Shown: positions 39,698 through 51,133 of the stretch, in pieces
Layout: every line of letters begins with the position of its first letter
How positions within the stretch are numbered: position 1 is the first letter of the stretch
NCBI GenBank assembly: GCA_948465565.1
Contig: CAOJXR010000006.1
Coordinates: forward strand, 3,010-67,009
DNA length: 64,000 nucleotides
Direction of reading: 5' to 3'
Source of the DNA: an uncultured Clostridium sp.
GTDB lineage: Bacteria > Bacillota > Clostridia > TANB77 > CAG-508
Notes under the pieces: generated by a model
What the model saw: only the letters and a program-made list of their open reading frames with translations
What the model was told of the DNA's origin: nothing
The model's database searches: none
Program-made: the position numbers and the translations under genes

Positions 39698-42031
39698 TTA
39701 TTTCAGTTCTACTACAGTAACACCCATTTCACCTTCACCAAAAGTGCCATATCTAAAGCTTTTTACATGAGGATGTTTTTTGAGATAGTTTTGGATGCCT
39801 TTGCCAAGAGTTCCAGAGCCTTTTCCGTGTACAATTCTTACGAATTCTAGTCTTGACATTGCTGCATTATCTAAGAATTTATCTACTAAGTAATTTGCTT
39901 CTTCGATATTTAATCCGATAACGTTTATTTCAGTATTTACTTTTTTGGGGGCAAATGTAGATTGATTTTTTTGTATTATTTGTTTGTTTTGTTCTACTTT
40001 TTTTGCTTCTGATAAATCAGTGATGGACATTGTTGTTTTTATATTGTCTATTTGTATATTTACTTTTTTAGATTGATTTGGATAACTTAATATTGTTCCG
40101 TTTTTATTAAAAGAAGATACAAATACAACTAAACCTGGCTTTATATCATTTTCATTAATTGGAGTAACTGAGTATTTTTGCTTTTCTGCTTTTGTAGTTT
40201 CTGATAATTCTTTTGATAGTTTGTTTCTAAGTTCATTTAATTTTTTAGAATTGTTTTTTTCTAAATTCATTTCTTTTATTATTTCGTTTGCTTCTTCTTT
40301 TGCTTTAAGTAGGATTGATTTTGCTTCTTGTTTAGCCTTTTGGATGTATTCTTTTTGGTTTGTTTCTAAGTATTCTTTTTCTTTTAGTAGGTTGCTTTTT
40401 AATTGTTCAATTTCGATAGAGTTTTTACTTATTTTTTCTTTTTCTGTTTCAAGAAATGCTTTAGAATCATAGATTTCTTTAAGTAAATCTTCTGTTTTAA
40501 TTGTATCAGAATTTATTTTAGATTTTGCACTTTCTAAGATTTCGTCTTTTAAGCCTAATTTCTTACTTATTGCAAACGCATTACTTTTACCAGGTACTCC
40601 TATTAATAACTTGTAAGTAGGTGATAGGGTATCTAAATTGAATTCGCAACTAGCATTTTCTACACCTTCTGTTACTAAGGCATATTCTTTAAGTTCATGA
40701 TAATGAGTAGTTGCAAGGGTCGTGACTTTATTAGTTCTAAGATATTCTAATATGCTTAGCGCAAGACTTGAACCTTCTATTGGATCTGTTCCAGAACCTA
40801 ATTCGTCAACTAATATTAGGCTTTCGGGAGTGGCTGTGTTTACAATATGTACAATATTTTTCATATGAGAAGAGAATGTACTTAGTGATTCTAGAATACT
40901 TTGTTCATCTCCTATGTCAGCAAATATTTGGTCAAAAACATATATAGAGCTTGCTTCAGATGCTGGAATGTGTAATCCACTCATTGCCATTGTTGTAAGT
41001 AAACCAACAGTTTTTAATGTTACAGTTTTTCCACCTGTGTTTGGTCCTGTTATTAATAGAGTAGAGAAATCTTTTCCAATTTCGATTGAATTGGCTATTG
41101 CTGATTGTGGGTCTAACAATGGGTGAATTGCTTTTTCTAGTTTGATTATTTTTTTGTTATTAATTTTTGGGCAGTTTGCATTTATTGTTTTGGCATATTT
41201 GGCTTTTGCAAATATGAAATCGAGTAAGCCGATTAAGTTATAAGAGTTTTCAAGCTCGTCAGTTATATCAAAAAATAGAGAAGATAATTTTTGAAGTATT
41301 TTTTCTATTTCAATTGCTTCTTGATTTTTTAAATCTGAAAGAGAGTTATTTAGCTCAAAAACTGAAAATGGTTCTATAAAAACTGTAGAGCCACTTGTTG
41401 ACATGTCATGTATGAAGCCTTTTATTTCGCTTTTGTATTCAGCTTTTACAGGTATTACAAAACGATTTTGCCTTATTGTGATAATAGGTTCTTGAACATA
41501 TTTTGATGATAAAATAGATTGCAATTTGTTTTTTATTTCTCTTTGGAGATTTCTCATTTTTTGCCTGATTTCATAAAGTTCATTTGAGGCTTTATCATCA
41601 ATTGTATTTTCATCAAGAATAGAACTCAATATTTTTTCTTCTATTCTAGTATTTGTGTATAGATGTTCAAAATAGCTTGTTAGAATTTCGGATTCATTAA
41701 GTGCCTCACTTGAATAGTATTCTTTTAATTCTCGTGATGTTTTTAGTACAGCTGTTATTTCTAATAGTGATTTTGCAGATAAGAAGTTTTGATTTTTAAG
41801 AGAAAGTAAGTGTTGCTCAATATTGTATAATTCACTAATTGGAGGAGTTCCTTTTCTAAATAAAAGTACTACACCTTCTGTTGTTTCTGCTAAGTATTTT
41901 TTTACTTTTTCTTGATTTATATTTGGAAATAGGTTGTTACAATAATTTTTTCCTAGAGTTGTTATTGCAAATGTAGATAATTTTTCTAATATTTTGTTAA
42001 ATTCTAATTTTTCTAAAAAGATTTTTTCCAT
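39698..42031 (-). CDS. mutS2: MutS2 endonuclease
   Basis: ITGPNTGGKT, DIGDEQSI..SLSTFS, DELGSGTDP, Smr domain IVHGKGSG. Confidence 0.95.
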   Translation of the reverse strand: MEKIFLEKLEFNKILEKLSTFAITTLGKNYCNNLFPNINQEKVKKYLAETTEGVVLLFRKGTPPISELYNIEQHLLSLKNQNFLSAKSLLEITAVLKTSRELKEYYSSEALNESEILTSYFEHLYTNTRIEEKILSSILDENTIDDKASNELYEIRQKMRNLQREIKNKLQSILSSKYVQEPIITIRQNRFVIPVKAEYKSEIKGFIHDMSTSGSTVFIEPFSVFELNNSLSDLKNQEAIEIEKILQKLSSLFFDITDELENSYNLIGLLDFIFAKAKYAKTINANCPKINNKKIIKLEKAIHPLLDPQSAIANSIEIGKDFSTLLITGPNTGGKTVTLKTVGLLTTMAMSGLHIPASEASSIYVFDQIFADIGDEQSILESLSTFSSHMKNIVHIVNTATPESLILVDELGSGTDPIEGSSLALSILEYLRTNKVTTLATTHYHELKEYALVTEGVENASCEFNLDTLSPTYKLLIGVPGKSNAFAISKKLGLKDEILESAKSKINSDTIKTEDLLKEIYDSKAFLETEKEKISKNSIEIEQLKSNLLKEKEYLETNQKEYIQKAKQEAKSILLKAKEEANEIIKEMNLEKNNSKKLNELRNKLSKELSETTKAEKQKYSVTPINENDIKPGLVVFVSSFNKNGTILSYPNQSKKVNIQIDNIKTTMSITDLSEAKKVEQNKQIIQKNQSTFAPKKVNTEINVIGLNIEEANYLVDKFLDNAAMSRLEFVRIVHGKGSGTLGKGIQNYLKKHPHVKSFRYGTFGEGEMGVTVVELK

Positions 42032-42308
42032 GTTGTACCCCTTAAAAATAATTTTAAATCTTAGCAATTATCTCATAAAAACATAGGAAAATCAATTATA
42101 ATGGTGAAAGTAGATAAAATTGGAATATTTTTCTTAAAAGTATGCAAAATAAAAAATAAATAGCGTAAATATACTGTGTGCTTGGGATTGCTGGAATGGT
42201 AAAAAAATAAGAAGAAAAAACTTTAGAAAAGAATTGAAATTTGAATAGATGTGTAATATAATCGTAACAACTTTGTAAACCAAGTGTAAATGAGAAAGGA
42301 AGAGGCGG

Positions 42309-43298
42309 ATGTTTGGACAAGATATTGGTATTGATTTAGGAACTGCAACTGTAATTGCATATGTAAAAGGTAAAGGAATTGTACTTAGAGAGCCTTCAGT
42401 GGTAGCTGTAAATAGTACAAGCAAGGAAGTTTTAGCTGTGGGACATGAAGCAAGAAGAATGCTTGGTAGAACACCGGGAAATATAGTGGCTACTAGACCA
42501 CTTAGAGATGGAGTTATATCAGATTATACTGTTACTGAAAAGATGCTTAAATATTTTATAAGTAAGATAGGTGGAAAGTTTTTATTTGCGCCTAGAATTA
42601 TGATTTGTATTCCATCACAAGTTACTGAGGTTGAGAAAAAAGCGGTTATTGATGCTGCTTCAAATGCTGGAGCTCGTAAAGTTTATTTGATTGAGGAACC
42701 AATTGCTGCTGCTATTGGTGCTGGAATAGATATATCAAAACCATGTGGAAATATGATTGTTGATATTGGTGGAGGAACTACTGATATTGCGGTTATTTCT
42801 CTTGGTGGTTCTGTTGTGAGCACTTCTCTTAAAGTAGCTGGAGATAAATTTGATGAGGCAATTGTTAGATATATAAAGAGAAAATATAATGTTATGATTG
42901 GTGAAAGAACAGCTGAAGATTTGAAAGTTAATGTTGGTTGTGTATATCCTAAAATACAGGATGTTGAAATGGATATTAGAGGTAGAGATTTAATTACAGG
43001 ACTTCCAAAGACTATTACAGTTCATTCAAGTGAAATGATGGAGGCTTTAGAAGAGCCTGTTAATATGATAATTGATGCGGTTCATTCTGTTCTTGAAAAG
43101 ACACCACCAGAACTTGCGGCTGATATTAGTGATAAGGGAATTTATATGACTGGTGGAGGTTGCTTGATTGATGGTTTAGATAAGCTTTTACAAGATAGAA
43201 CAGGAATTAACGTTATGATTGCAGAGGATGCTGTTTCTTGTGTTGCTCTTGGAACAGGAAAAGCTCTAGATAATTTAGATACAATTGATAGAAAATAG
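42309..43298 (+). CDS. mreB: rod shape-determining protein MreB/Mbl
   Basis: IGIDLGTA, RPLRDGVI, VDIGGGTT, LEKTPPELAADI. Confidence 0.93.
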   Translation: MFGQDIGIDLGTATVIAYVKGKGIVLREPSVVAVNSTSKEVLAVGHEARRMLGRTPGNIVATRPLRDGVISDYTVTEKMLKYFISKIGGKFLFAPRIMICIPSQVTEVEKKAVIDAASNAGARKVYLIEEPIAAAIGAGIDISKPCGNMIVDIGGGTTDIAVISLGGSVVSTSLKVAGDKFDEAIVRYIKRKYNVMIGERTAEDLKVNVGCVYPKIQDVEMDIRGRDLITGLPKTITVHSSEMMEALEEPVNMIIDAVHSVLEKTPPELAADISDKGIYMTGGGCLIDGLDKLLQDRTGINVMIAEDAVSCVALGTGKALDNLDTIDRK

Positions 43299-43341
43299 TG
43301 TTACTGATTTACTTTTAGAAGGATAAAATATGGAGAATAAG

Positions 43342-44614
43342 ATGAAAAAAGTTTCTTTTTTTACTTTGCGGTTGTAAAGTGAATCAATATGAAACAAATG
43401 GAATGGTTCAAAAATTAATTGATAAATTTGAAATTGTTAAGCCTGATGAAAAGGCTGATATATATATAATAAATACATGTAGTGTAACTAATATGTCTGA
43501 TAGAAAGTCTAGACAAATGTTACGAAGGGCTAAGGAATTAAATCCAGAAGCGCTGGTTATTGCTGTTGGTTGTTATGCTGAAACTGCAAAGGAAGAGGTT
43601 GAAGCTATTCCTGAGGTTGATTTGGTTTTAGGAAATTTTCAAAAGGCTAATATTGAGAAATATATTGAGGCATATATTGAGGGAAAGCAATTAGATGAAA
43701 AAGCTGTAGAAAGTTATTTTTATGATTTTGGAACGGTTACATATACTGAGAAGACGAGAGCTGTTATAAAGGTTCAGGATGGATGTAATAATTTTTGTTC
43801 GTATTGCATTATTCCATATGCTAGAGGGCGTATATGTAGCAGAAAGCCAGAGAGTGTTATAGAAGAGATTAGAGAAATTGCTAAGATTGGAATTAAGGAA
43901 GTTGTAATTACAGGAATACAGGTTTCTAGTTATGGAAAAGAGTTTGAAAATAATTATAGACTTATAGATTTGCTGGAAGATATAAATGAGGTTGATGGTA
44001 TAGAGAGAATTCGATTGGGTTCGCTTGAACCACTTATTATTACTGATGAGTTTTGCGAGAGATTAAGAAAAATAGATAAAATGTGCCATCATTTTCATTT
44101 ATCTTTGCAAAGCGGTTGCGATAAAACTTTGAAAGAGATGAATAGAAAGTATACAATTGCTGATTTTAAGGATGTTGTTAGTAGATTGAGGAAATTGTAT
44201 GATGATGTTATTTTGACAACCGATATTATTGTTGGCTTTCCAAATGAAACTGATGAAGATTTTGAAATGACATATCAATTTTTAAAGTATATAAAGTTTT
44301 ATAAAACTCATGTATTTAAGTTTTCACCACGAAAAGGTACTGTGGCGGCTAAGATGAAAAATCAAATTGACGCTAAGATTAAGGAGGAGAGAAGTAAGAG
44401 ATTAATTGAACTTTCTTCTGAAAATCAGATACAGTATTTAAAAAGTTATGTTGGAAAAGCTGTGGAAGTTTTATTTGAAGAGGAAGAGAATGGAGTTTTA
44501 AAAGGGCATACGGCTAATTATATAATGGTTAAGAGCAAACAAGATGCAAGTAAAATAAATGAAATTGTTAATGTTAGAGTTAATAGTTTTGACGATGAAT
44601 TTTTAAATGCATAA
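43342..44614 (+). CDS. mtaB: tRNA methylthiotransferase MtaB, requires +1 frameshift at CGG 43369
   Basis: Frame 0 MKKVSFFTL, then +1 frame GCKVNQYE; INTCSVT; radical SAM CNNFCSYC; FSPRKGT. Confidence 0.9.
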
Positions 44615-44774
44615 AACTATATAAAAATCAAGAAAAATTATGCTTTTATGTTTAGATTTGGCTGGTTTGGGAAAAATATAAAAAGTATTGCATTTCTAAA
44701 GTTTTTGATATAGAATATGCATGGTCAGAGATATGACCAAATTTAAGTGATTATAAATCAAAGGAGGAATTTAT

Positions 44775-45791
44775 ATGTCAGTAAAGGTAGCCATAAATGG
44801 ATTTGGACGTATAGGACGTCTTGCATTTAGACAAATGTTTGGAGCGGAAGGATATGAAATCGTTGCGATTAACGACTTAACAAGTCCTGACATGTTAGCT
44901 CATTTATTAAAATATGATTCTGCACAGAAAAGATATGAAAAAGCAGATACAGTTGTAGCTGGTGAAGATTCTATAACTGTAGATGGAAAAACAATAAAAA
45001 TATATGCAGAGAAAGATGCTGCAAATTTACCTTGGGGAGAAATAGGAGTAGATGTTGTTTTAGAGTGTACAGGATTTTATACAACTAAAGAAAAAGCTTC
45101 AGCTCATATTACAGCGGGAGCTAAAAAAGTTGTTATTTCTGCACCAGCTGGAAAAGATTTACCTACAGTTGTTTTTGGTGTAAATGAAAACATTTTAACA
45201 CCAGAAGATACAATTATTTCAGCAGCTTCTTGTACAACAAACTGCTTAGCACCAATGGCTAAAGCATTAAATGATTTTGCACCAATTCAATCAGGAATTA
45301 TGACAACAGTTCATGCTTATACAGGGGATCAAATGGTACTTGATGGACCTCATAGAAAAGCTGATTTGAGAAGAGCTAGAGCTGCTGCTGTTAATATTGT
45401 TCCAAACTCAACAGGTGCTGCTAAAGCTATAGGATTAGTTATTCCAGAATTAAATGGAAAATTAATTGGTTCAGCTCAAAGAGTTCCAGTTCCTACTGGT
45501 TCTACAACAATATTAATTGCTACTGTTAGAGGAAATGATATTACTCCAGAAGCAATTAATGCAGCTATGAAAGCTGCTTCAAATGCATCTTTCGGATATA
45601 CAGAAGAGCCATTAGTTTCTTCTGATATAATTGGAATTAATTATGGTTCATTATTTGATGCTACTCAAACTATGGTAACAAAAGTTGAAGATGGTTTATA
45701 CCAAGTTCAAGTTGTTAGCTGGTATGATAATGAAAATTCTTATACAAGCCAAATGGTTAGAACAATTAAGTATTTTGCTGAATTGAATTAG
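44775..45791 (+). CDS. gap: glyceraldehyde-3-phosphate dehydrogenase
   Basis: [25 protein letters not shown]. Confidence 0.97.
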   Translation: MSVKVAINGFGRIGRLAFRQMFGAEGYEIVAINDLTSPDMLAHLLKYDSAQKRYEKADTVVAGEDSITVDGKTIKIYAEKDAANLPWGEIGVDVVLECTGFYTTKEKASAHITAGAKKVVISAPAGKDLPTVVFGVNENILTPEDTIISAASCTTNCLAPMAKALNDFAPIQSGIMTTVHAYTGDQMVLDGPHRKADLRRARAAAVNIVPNSTGAAKAIGLVIPELNGKLIGSAQRVPVPTGSTTILIATVRGNDITPEAINAAMKAASNASFGYTEEPLVSSDIIGINYGSLFDATQTMVTKVEDGLYQVQVVSWYDNENSYTSQMVRTIKYFAELN

Positions 45792-45901
45792 TAATTATAT
45801 ATGTTTATGGGCTATAGGGATTGCTGATTTTGGCAATCCCTATAAGAGAATTTTACGAAGAGAAAAGTGCAAATCTAGATTGTACTTGGAAAGGGATTAA
45901 A

Positions 45902-47089
45902 ATGAATAAGAAAACTGTTAGAGATATAGATGTACACGATAAAAAAGTTTTAGTAAGATGCGATTTTAATGTACCTTACAATTCAGATAGAGTGATTACA
46001 GATAATAGAAGAATTGTTGCTGCATTGCCAACAATTAAATATTTATTAGATAATAATGCAAAAGTTATTTTATGTTCTCATTTAGGTAGACCTAAGGGAG
46101 AAATTAAACCTGAATTTTCATTAAATATAGTTGCTGAAGAATTGTCAAAATTATTAGGACAAGAAGTTAAACTTGCTAGTGATGTTGTTGGCGAATCTGC
46201 ACAAAAATTAACCTCTGAAATGAAAAATGGGGAAGTTGTTTTACTTGAGAATGTTAGATTTGAAGCTGGTGAAGAGAAAAATGATGTAGAATTATCTAAG
46301 AAATTTGCAAGTATGGCTGAAGTATTTGTAAATGATGCTTTTGGTACAGCTCATAGAGCTCATAGTTCTACAACTGGTGTTGCTGAATTTTTACCAGCAG
46401 TATCAGGTTTCTTAATTGAAAAAGAATTGAAATTCTTAGGAGAGCCTTTGAAAAATCCAGAAAGACCTTTTATGGCTATAATTGGTGGAAAGAAAGTTTC
46501 TGATAAGATTGGTCCTATAGAGGCTTTATTAGAAAAAGTTGATGTTTTAATGATTGGTGGAGCTATGGCTTACACATTTTATAAATCAATGGGATATAAT
46601 ATAGGAAACTCTTTTTGTGAATTAGATAAATTGGATTTAGCTAAAAGTATAATGGAAAAGGCTAAAGAAAAGGGTGTTAAATTATTATTACCTATAGATA
46701 ATAAAATTGGTAAAGAGTTTGATCCAAATACAGAAAGTAAAAATGTAAAGTGTACAGAGATTCCAGATGGTTGGGAAGGATTTGATATTGGAGAAGAGAC
46801 TATCAAAGCTTATTCAGAAGAGTTAAAGAATGCTAAAACTGTTATTTGGATGGGGCCTTTAGGATTGTTTGAATTTGACCAATTTGCTATTGGAACAAAT
46901 TCAATTGCTCAAACTTTGGCTGATATTGATGCTGTAAAAATAGTTGGTGGTGGAGATTCTGCGGCTGCTATTGAGAAAGCTGGTTTATCAGATAAGTTTA
47001 CTCATATTTCTACTGGTGGTAGTGCATCACTAGAGTTTATTGAAGGAAAGAATTTACCAGGAATTGAAGCTTTACAAGATAAGGAATAA
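45902..47089 (+). CDS. pgk: phosphoglycerate kinase
   Basis: [35 protein letters not shown]. Confidence 0.97.
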   Translation: MNKKTVRDIDVHDKKVLVRCDFNVPYNSDRVITDNRRIVAALPTIKYLLDNNAKVILCSHLGRPKGEIKPEFSLNIVAEELSKLLGQEVKLASDVVGESAQKLTSEMKNGEVVLLENVRFEAGEEKNDVELSKKFASMAEVFVNDAFGTAHRAHSSTTGVAEFLPAVSGFLIEKELKFLGEPLKNPERPFMAIIGGKKVSDKIGPIEALLEKVDVLMIGGAMAYTFYKSMGYNIGNSFCELDKLDLAKSIMEKAKEKGVKLLLPIDNKIGKEFDPNTESKNVKCTEIPDGWEGFDIGEETIKAYSEELKNAKTVIWMGPLGLFEFDQFAIGTNSIAQTLADIDAVKIVGGGDSAAAIEKAGLSDKFTHISTGGSASLEFIEGKNLPGIEALQDKE

Positions 47090-47094
47090 ATAGT

Positions 47095-47781
47095 ATGGAT
47101 AAGAAAATAATAGTAGGGATAATTGTACTAATAGTTATAGTTGCTTTAGTTGTAACATGTATATTTTTTAAAAAAGATAAAGATAAAATGGTTATAATGA
47201 AAAATAATATTGATACAACACAATATTATGGAAAAAGAGGCAATATTACTGAATTGCAACGTATAAAGTTTTTATCAAAGAATGATGAATATTTAGTTGG
47301 AATGATGGGGTTACCTGTTTCAAATGAAGTTAAGGTTTTTTCTAATGATGAAATGATTAGATTTGCTTTAAATATTATAGTAGAAAGATATTCTGGTATG
47401 CTTACTACAAGAAAGAATAAAAAGGGTGTATCTGAATATGTGATAAAAAAAGAGACTATAGATGATATTATTAATGAGTTTTTTGGAATTGCTGGTAATT
47501 CTATTGATGGAAGTAAAAATGAATATTATTCAAGTTCAAATAAGGCATTTTTATTTAATGAAAATTTAGAAAAGACATTATATTATTATCCAGTTACTCA
47601 AGAGAGTAAAGAAAATGGTAATTTTGAGATTACTGCTGATGCTATATTAGTTAGTAGTGGTGATAGAAATGAAATAGAGCAGGCAAAATATGAGGGAAAA
47701 TATTCACAGGATAGAGTTGAGTATACTATTAAATTTGTATTTAATGAGAGTGGATGTTTAGTTTCTTATCAGTATCTATAA
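47095..47781 (+). CDS. hypothetical membrane-anchored protein
   Basis: N-terminal TM helix, host-like codon usage, within glycolytic cluster. Confidence 0.7.
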   Translation: MDKKIIVGIIVLIVIVALVVTCIFFKKDKDKMVIMKNNIDTTQYYGKRGNITELQRIKFLSKNDEYLVGMMGLPVSNEVKVFSNDEMIRFALNIIVERYSGMLTTRKNKKGVSEYVIKKETIDDIINEFFGIAGNSIDGSKNEYYSSSNKAFLFNENLEKTLYYYPVTQESKENGNFEITADAILVSSGDRNEIEQAKYEGKYSQDRVEYTIKFVFNESGCLVSYQYL

Positions 47782-47814
47782 AATTTTTAAATTTCATTTA
47801 AAATGGAGGTTTTT

Positions 47815-48567
47815 ATGAGAAGAAAGGTTATTGCAGGAAATTGGAAAATGAACATGTTACCAAATGAGGCTATGGAATATATTGATAGTTTGTCTAAATT
47901 GGTAAAAGATTCTGAAAATGAAGTGATTTTGTGTGTTCCTTATACTGATTTATTTTATTGCTTGATGAGTGCACAAGATACTAATATAAAGATTGGTGCT
48001 CAAAATATGCATTTTGCAGAAAAAGGTGCTTATACTGGTGAAATTTCTGGTAAAATGCTTAAGTCAATTGGTGTAGAATATGTTATAATTGGACATTCAG
48101 AAAGAAGACAATATTTTGCGGAGACAGATGAGAGTGTTAATAAAAAGATTAAAGCTGCTTTTGAAAATGAGTTGAAGCCAATTGTTTGTGTTGGTGAGAC
48201 TTTGGAGCAAAGAGAGTCAGGAATTACAAATGAAATTATAACAAATCAAACAAGACTTGCATTAGAAGGATTAACTAATGAGCAAGTTGAAAATACGATA
48301 GTTGCTTATGAGCCAATTTGGGCTATTGGAACTGGAAAGACAGCTACTTCAGATGATGCAAATGAGGCTGTAAAGGCTATAAGAGAAGAAATTAAAAGAA
48401 TTTATGGTGTTGATACGGCTGAAAAAGTTATTATACAATATGGTGGTAGTGTAAAATCTTCAAATGCGAAGGAGTTATTTGAAACTTCAGATATTGATGG
48501 TGGATTAGTTGGTGGAGCTAGTTTAGTTCCTGATGAATTCGCAAAAATAGTGAATTTTGAAAAATAA
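47815..48567 (+). CDS. tpiA: triosephosphate isomerase
   Basis: AGNWKM, GHSERR, AYEPIWAIGTG, YGGSV, LVGGASL. Confidence 0.97.
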   Translation: MRRKVIAGNWKMNMLPNEAMEYIDSLSKLVKDSENEVILCVPYTDLFYCLMSAQDTNIKIGAQNMHFAEKGAYTGEISGKMLKSIGVEYVIIGHSERRQYFAETDESVNKKIKAAFENELKPIVCVGETLEQRESGITNEIITNQTRLALEGLTNEQVENTIVAYEPIWAIGTGKTATSDDANEAVKAIREEIKRIYGVDTAEKVIIQYGGSVKSSNAKELFETSDIDGGLVGGASLVPDEFAKIVNFEK

Positions 48568-48594
48568 AGTGATAAGAATGGATGGAGAAGAAAT

Positions 48595-50121
48595 ATGAGT
48601 GAAAAAACAACAATGCTAATGATATTAGATGGTTTTGGAATGAATGAAAAAGAAGAAGGAAATGCAGTAAAACTTGCTAATATTCCGAACATAAGAAGAG
48701 TCATGAAAGAGTATCCAAATACAATTTTGCATACAAGTGGATTAGATGTAGGACTTCCAGAGGGGCAAATGGGAAATTCTGAAGTTGGTCATACTAATAT
48801 TGGTGCAGGTAGAATAGTGTATCAAGAATTAACTAGAATTACTAAATCTATTGAAGATGGTGATTTTTTTAGTATATCTGAGTTTGTTGAAGCAATTGAT
48901 AATTGTAAAAAGAATAATTCAAAATTGCATATAATGGGATTATTGTCTGATGGTGGTGTTCATAGTCATCAACGTCATTTGTTTGCTCTTTTAGAACTTG
49001 CTAAGAGAAGAGATTTTGAAGATGTGTATGTTCATTGCTTTTTAGATGGTAGAGATACTCCTCCAGCTTCAGCTGAGGGATATTTGGCTGAACTTGAAAA
49101 TAAGATGAAGGAAAAGGGCGTAGGAAAGATTGCTACGGTAATTGGTAGATTCTATGCTATGGATAGAGATAAGAGATGGGAAAGAGTTGAGAAGGCTTAT
49201 AATGCTTTAGTTAAAGGTGAAGGTGATAAGTTTAATTCTGTTTCTGCTGCTATTGAGAATTCTTATCAAAAAGAGATTTTTGACGAATTTGTTAAACCAA
49301 CAGTTATTTGTAATAATGAACAACCTATTGCAACAATTTCTGAAAATGATTCAGTTATTTTCTTTAACTTTAGACCTGATAGGGCTAGAGAGATTACAAG
49401 AGCAATTGTTGATGAAGAATTTGATGGATTTGCAAGAGATTATTTTAAAACATATTTTGTTACTTTTACAAATTATGATGATACAATTAAAAATGTTTCA
49501 ATTGCTTTTAAGAAGGCAGAGATAAAAAATACTTTTGGTGAAATTGTTAGTAGAAACGGTTTGAAACAATTGCGTATTGCAGAAACTGAGAAATATGCTC
49601 ATGTTACATTTTTCTTTAATGGTGGAGAAGAGAGACAATATGAGGGAGAAGATAGAATTTTAATTCCTTCACCTAAAGTTGAAACTTATGACTTAAAGCC
49701 TGAGATGAGTGCTTTTGAGGTTACAGATAAGGTTGTAGAGGCTATTCATTCTAGAAAGTATGATAGTATTATATTGAATTTTGCTAATCCAGATATGGTT
49801 GGACATACAGGTAATATTGAGGCTGCTATTAAGGCATTAGAGGCATTAGATGGTTGTGTTCAAAGAGTTGTAGAGGCTATTGAGGAGGAGCAAGGAATTT
49901 TATTAATTACTGCTGACCATGGAAATGCTGAGCAAATGGTAGATTATAAGACTGGTGAATTGCATACAGCTCATACTACTAACCCTGTTCCACTTGTTAT
50001 TGTTGGGAAAGATGTTAAGATTAAAGAGGGTAGACTTGCTGATTTGGCTCCTACAATGCTTGATTTGATGGGAATTGAGAAACCTGAGGATATGACAGGG
50101 GAGTCTTTAATCGAAAAATAG
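48595..50121 (+). CDS. gpmI: 2,3-BPG-independent phosphoglycerate mutase
   Basis: ILDGFG, GNSEVGH, DGGVHSH, NPDMVGHTG, TADHGNAE. Confidence 0.97.
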   Translation: MSEKTTMLMILDGFGMNEKEEGNAVKLANIPNIRRVMKEYPNTILHTSGLDVGLPEGQMGNSEVGHTNIGAGRIVYQELTRITKSIEDGDFFSISEFVEAIDNCKKNNSKLHIMGLLSDGGVHSHQRHLFALLELAKRRDFEDVYVHCFLDGRDTPPASAEGYLAELENKMKEKGVGKIATVIGRFYAMDRDKRWERVEKAYNALVKGEGDKFNSVSAAIENSYQKEIFDEFVKPTVICNNEQPIATISENDSVIFFNFRPDRAREITRAIVDEEFDGFARDYFKTYFVTFTNYDDTIKNVSIAFKKAEIKNTFGEIVSRNGLKQLRIAETEKYAHVTFFFNGGEERQYEGEDRILIPSPKVETYDLKPEMSAFEVTDKVVEAIHSRKYDSIILNFANPDMVGHTGNIEAAIKALEALDGCVQRVVEAIEEEQGILLITADHGNAEQMVDYKTGELHTAHTTNPVPLVIVGKDVKIKEGRLADLAPTMLDLMGIEKPEDMTGESLIEK

Positions 50122-50127
50122 GGAAGG

Positions 50128-50976
50128 ATGAGAAAGATGGCTGCTTCTATCGAGGAGAGGAACATTTTTGCTGAGATACAAAAGAAGTTATTTTATATGA
50201 TTCCAGAAAAATGGGATGCAATTTATTTGTATGCTTCTATAATAGAAGAACCTTTTAAAAAGCCTGTTGGTGAAATGTATTTTTATTATTTGCCAAAGGG
50301 AATTTTGAAGAGGAAACCAGTAAATGTTTATCAGATTCCTGGAATGTTTAATATTGATGAAGAGAGTTATAATGCTATTATTCATAAATTGTATTCTGAT
50401 ATTAAGAGATTGAGAGATGTTCATAGGAATATTAAACCTGATTTGTGGACAAATTTGACAATTACTATACACAATTGTCAGTTTAAGATTGAGTATGGTT
50501 ATGAGGATTTGAGGCAAAATGTTGAGTTTAGTCCATACGAGAGGCATATTATTTGGAGATATAAATATTTAGGAATTGACCCAGAACTTCAAACACGTGA
50601 AGAGAAAAGTATTATTGACAGATATTTGAATAGTACAGCTATACAGTTGGAGAAAGAAAATAATGATGTTTATTTGGAGGGTGTTTATAGGCAACCTGTT
50701 CATAATATTATTGATTATGAGAAAACTCTTACTGTTGAGGCTGCGATTGCTTCTAATAGTGTGAAACAAGAGGAGAACTTGAAACCAGAAAAGGAAAAGA
50801 AGTCTAAGAAACCTAAGAAAGTTGACAATAATAAAGTAGAGGAAAAGGGAGAGTATAGTAATCAAAATTTATTTAATAGAATTGATAAGATGAAATCTGG
50901 TGGTACTATGGCTGATTCTAGTATTGATGATGATATGATTTTGAGTTCAGACTTTATGAGCAGAAAAGAACCTTAG
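50128..50976 (+). CDS. DUF600/YezG-like immunity-family protein with charged C-terminal extension
   Basis: MIPEKW..IYLYA, MYFYY, WTNLTITI...FKIEYGYE, IIWRYKYLG. Confidence 0.7.
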   Translation: MRKMAASIEERNIFAEIQKKLFYMIPEKWDAIYLYASIIEEPFKKPVGEMYFYYLPKGILKRKPVNVYQIPGMFNIDEESYNAIIHKLYSDIKRLRDVHRNIKPDLWTNLTITIHNCQFKIEYGYEDLRQNVEFSPYERHIIWRYKYLGIDPELQTREEKSIIDRYLNSTAIQLEKENNDVYLEGVYRQPVHNIIDYEKTLTVEAAIASNSVKQEENLKPEKEKKSKKPKKVDNNKVEEKGEYSNQNLFNRIDKMKSGGTMADSSIDDDMILSSDFMSRKEP

Positions 50977-50988
50977 GGTTCTTTTTTT
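50964..50988 (+). terminator. intrinsic terminator
   Basis: AAAAGAACC-TTAG-GGTTCTTTTTTT. Confidence 0.7.
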
Positions 50989-51133
50989 GTTTGGGAAAAG
51001 TTAAGTTATTATTTTAGGAAAATTTTTGATAAAACGTATACGTGGATAAATAATTGTGAATAATAATTTTGAAGAAATAGAAAGGAGAAATAATCCAATT
51101 ATTTTGTAGAATAATTAGATTATAGGTGAAATT

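Noticed and set aside
43356-43362. T7 homopolymer as the cause of the mtaB frameshift
   Set aside because: Removing a T gives SFLLCGCK and loses the conserved TLGCK, whereas removing C43369 restores it exactly.
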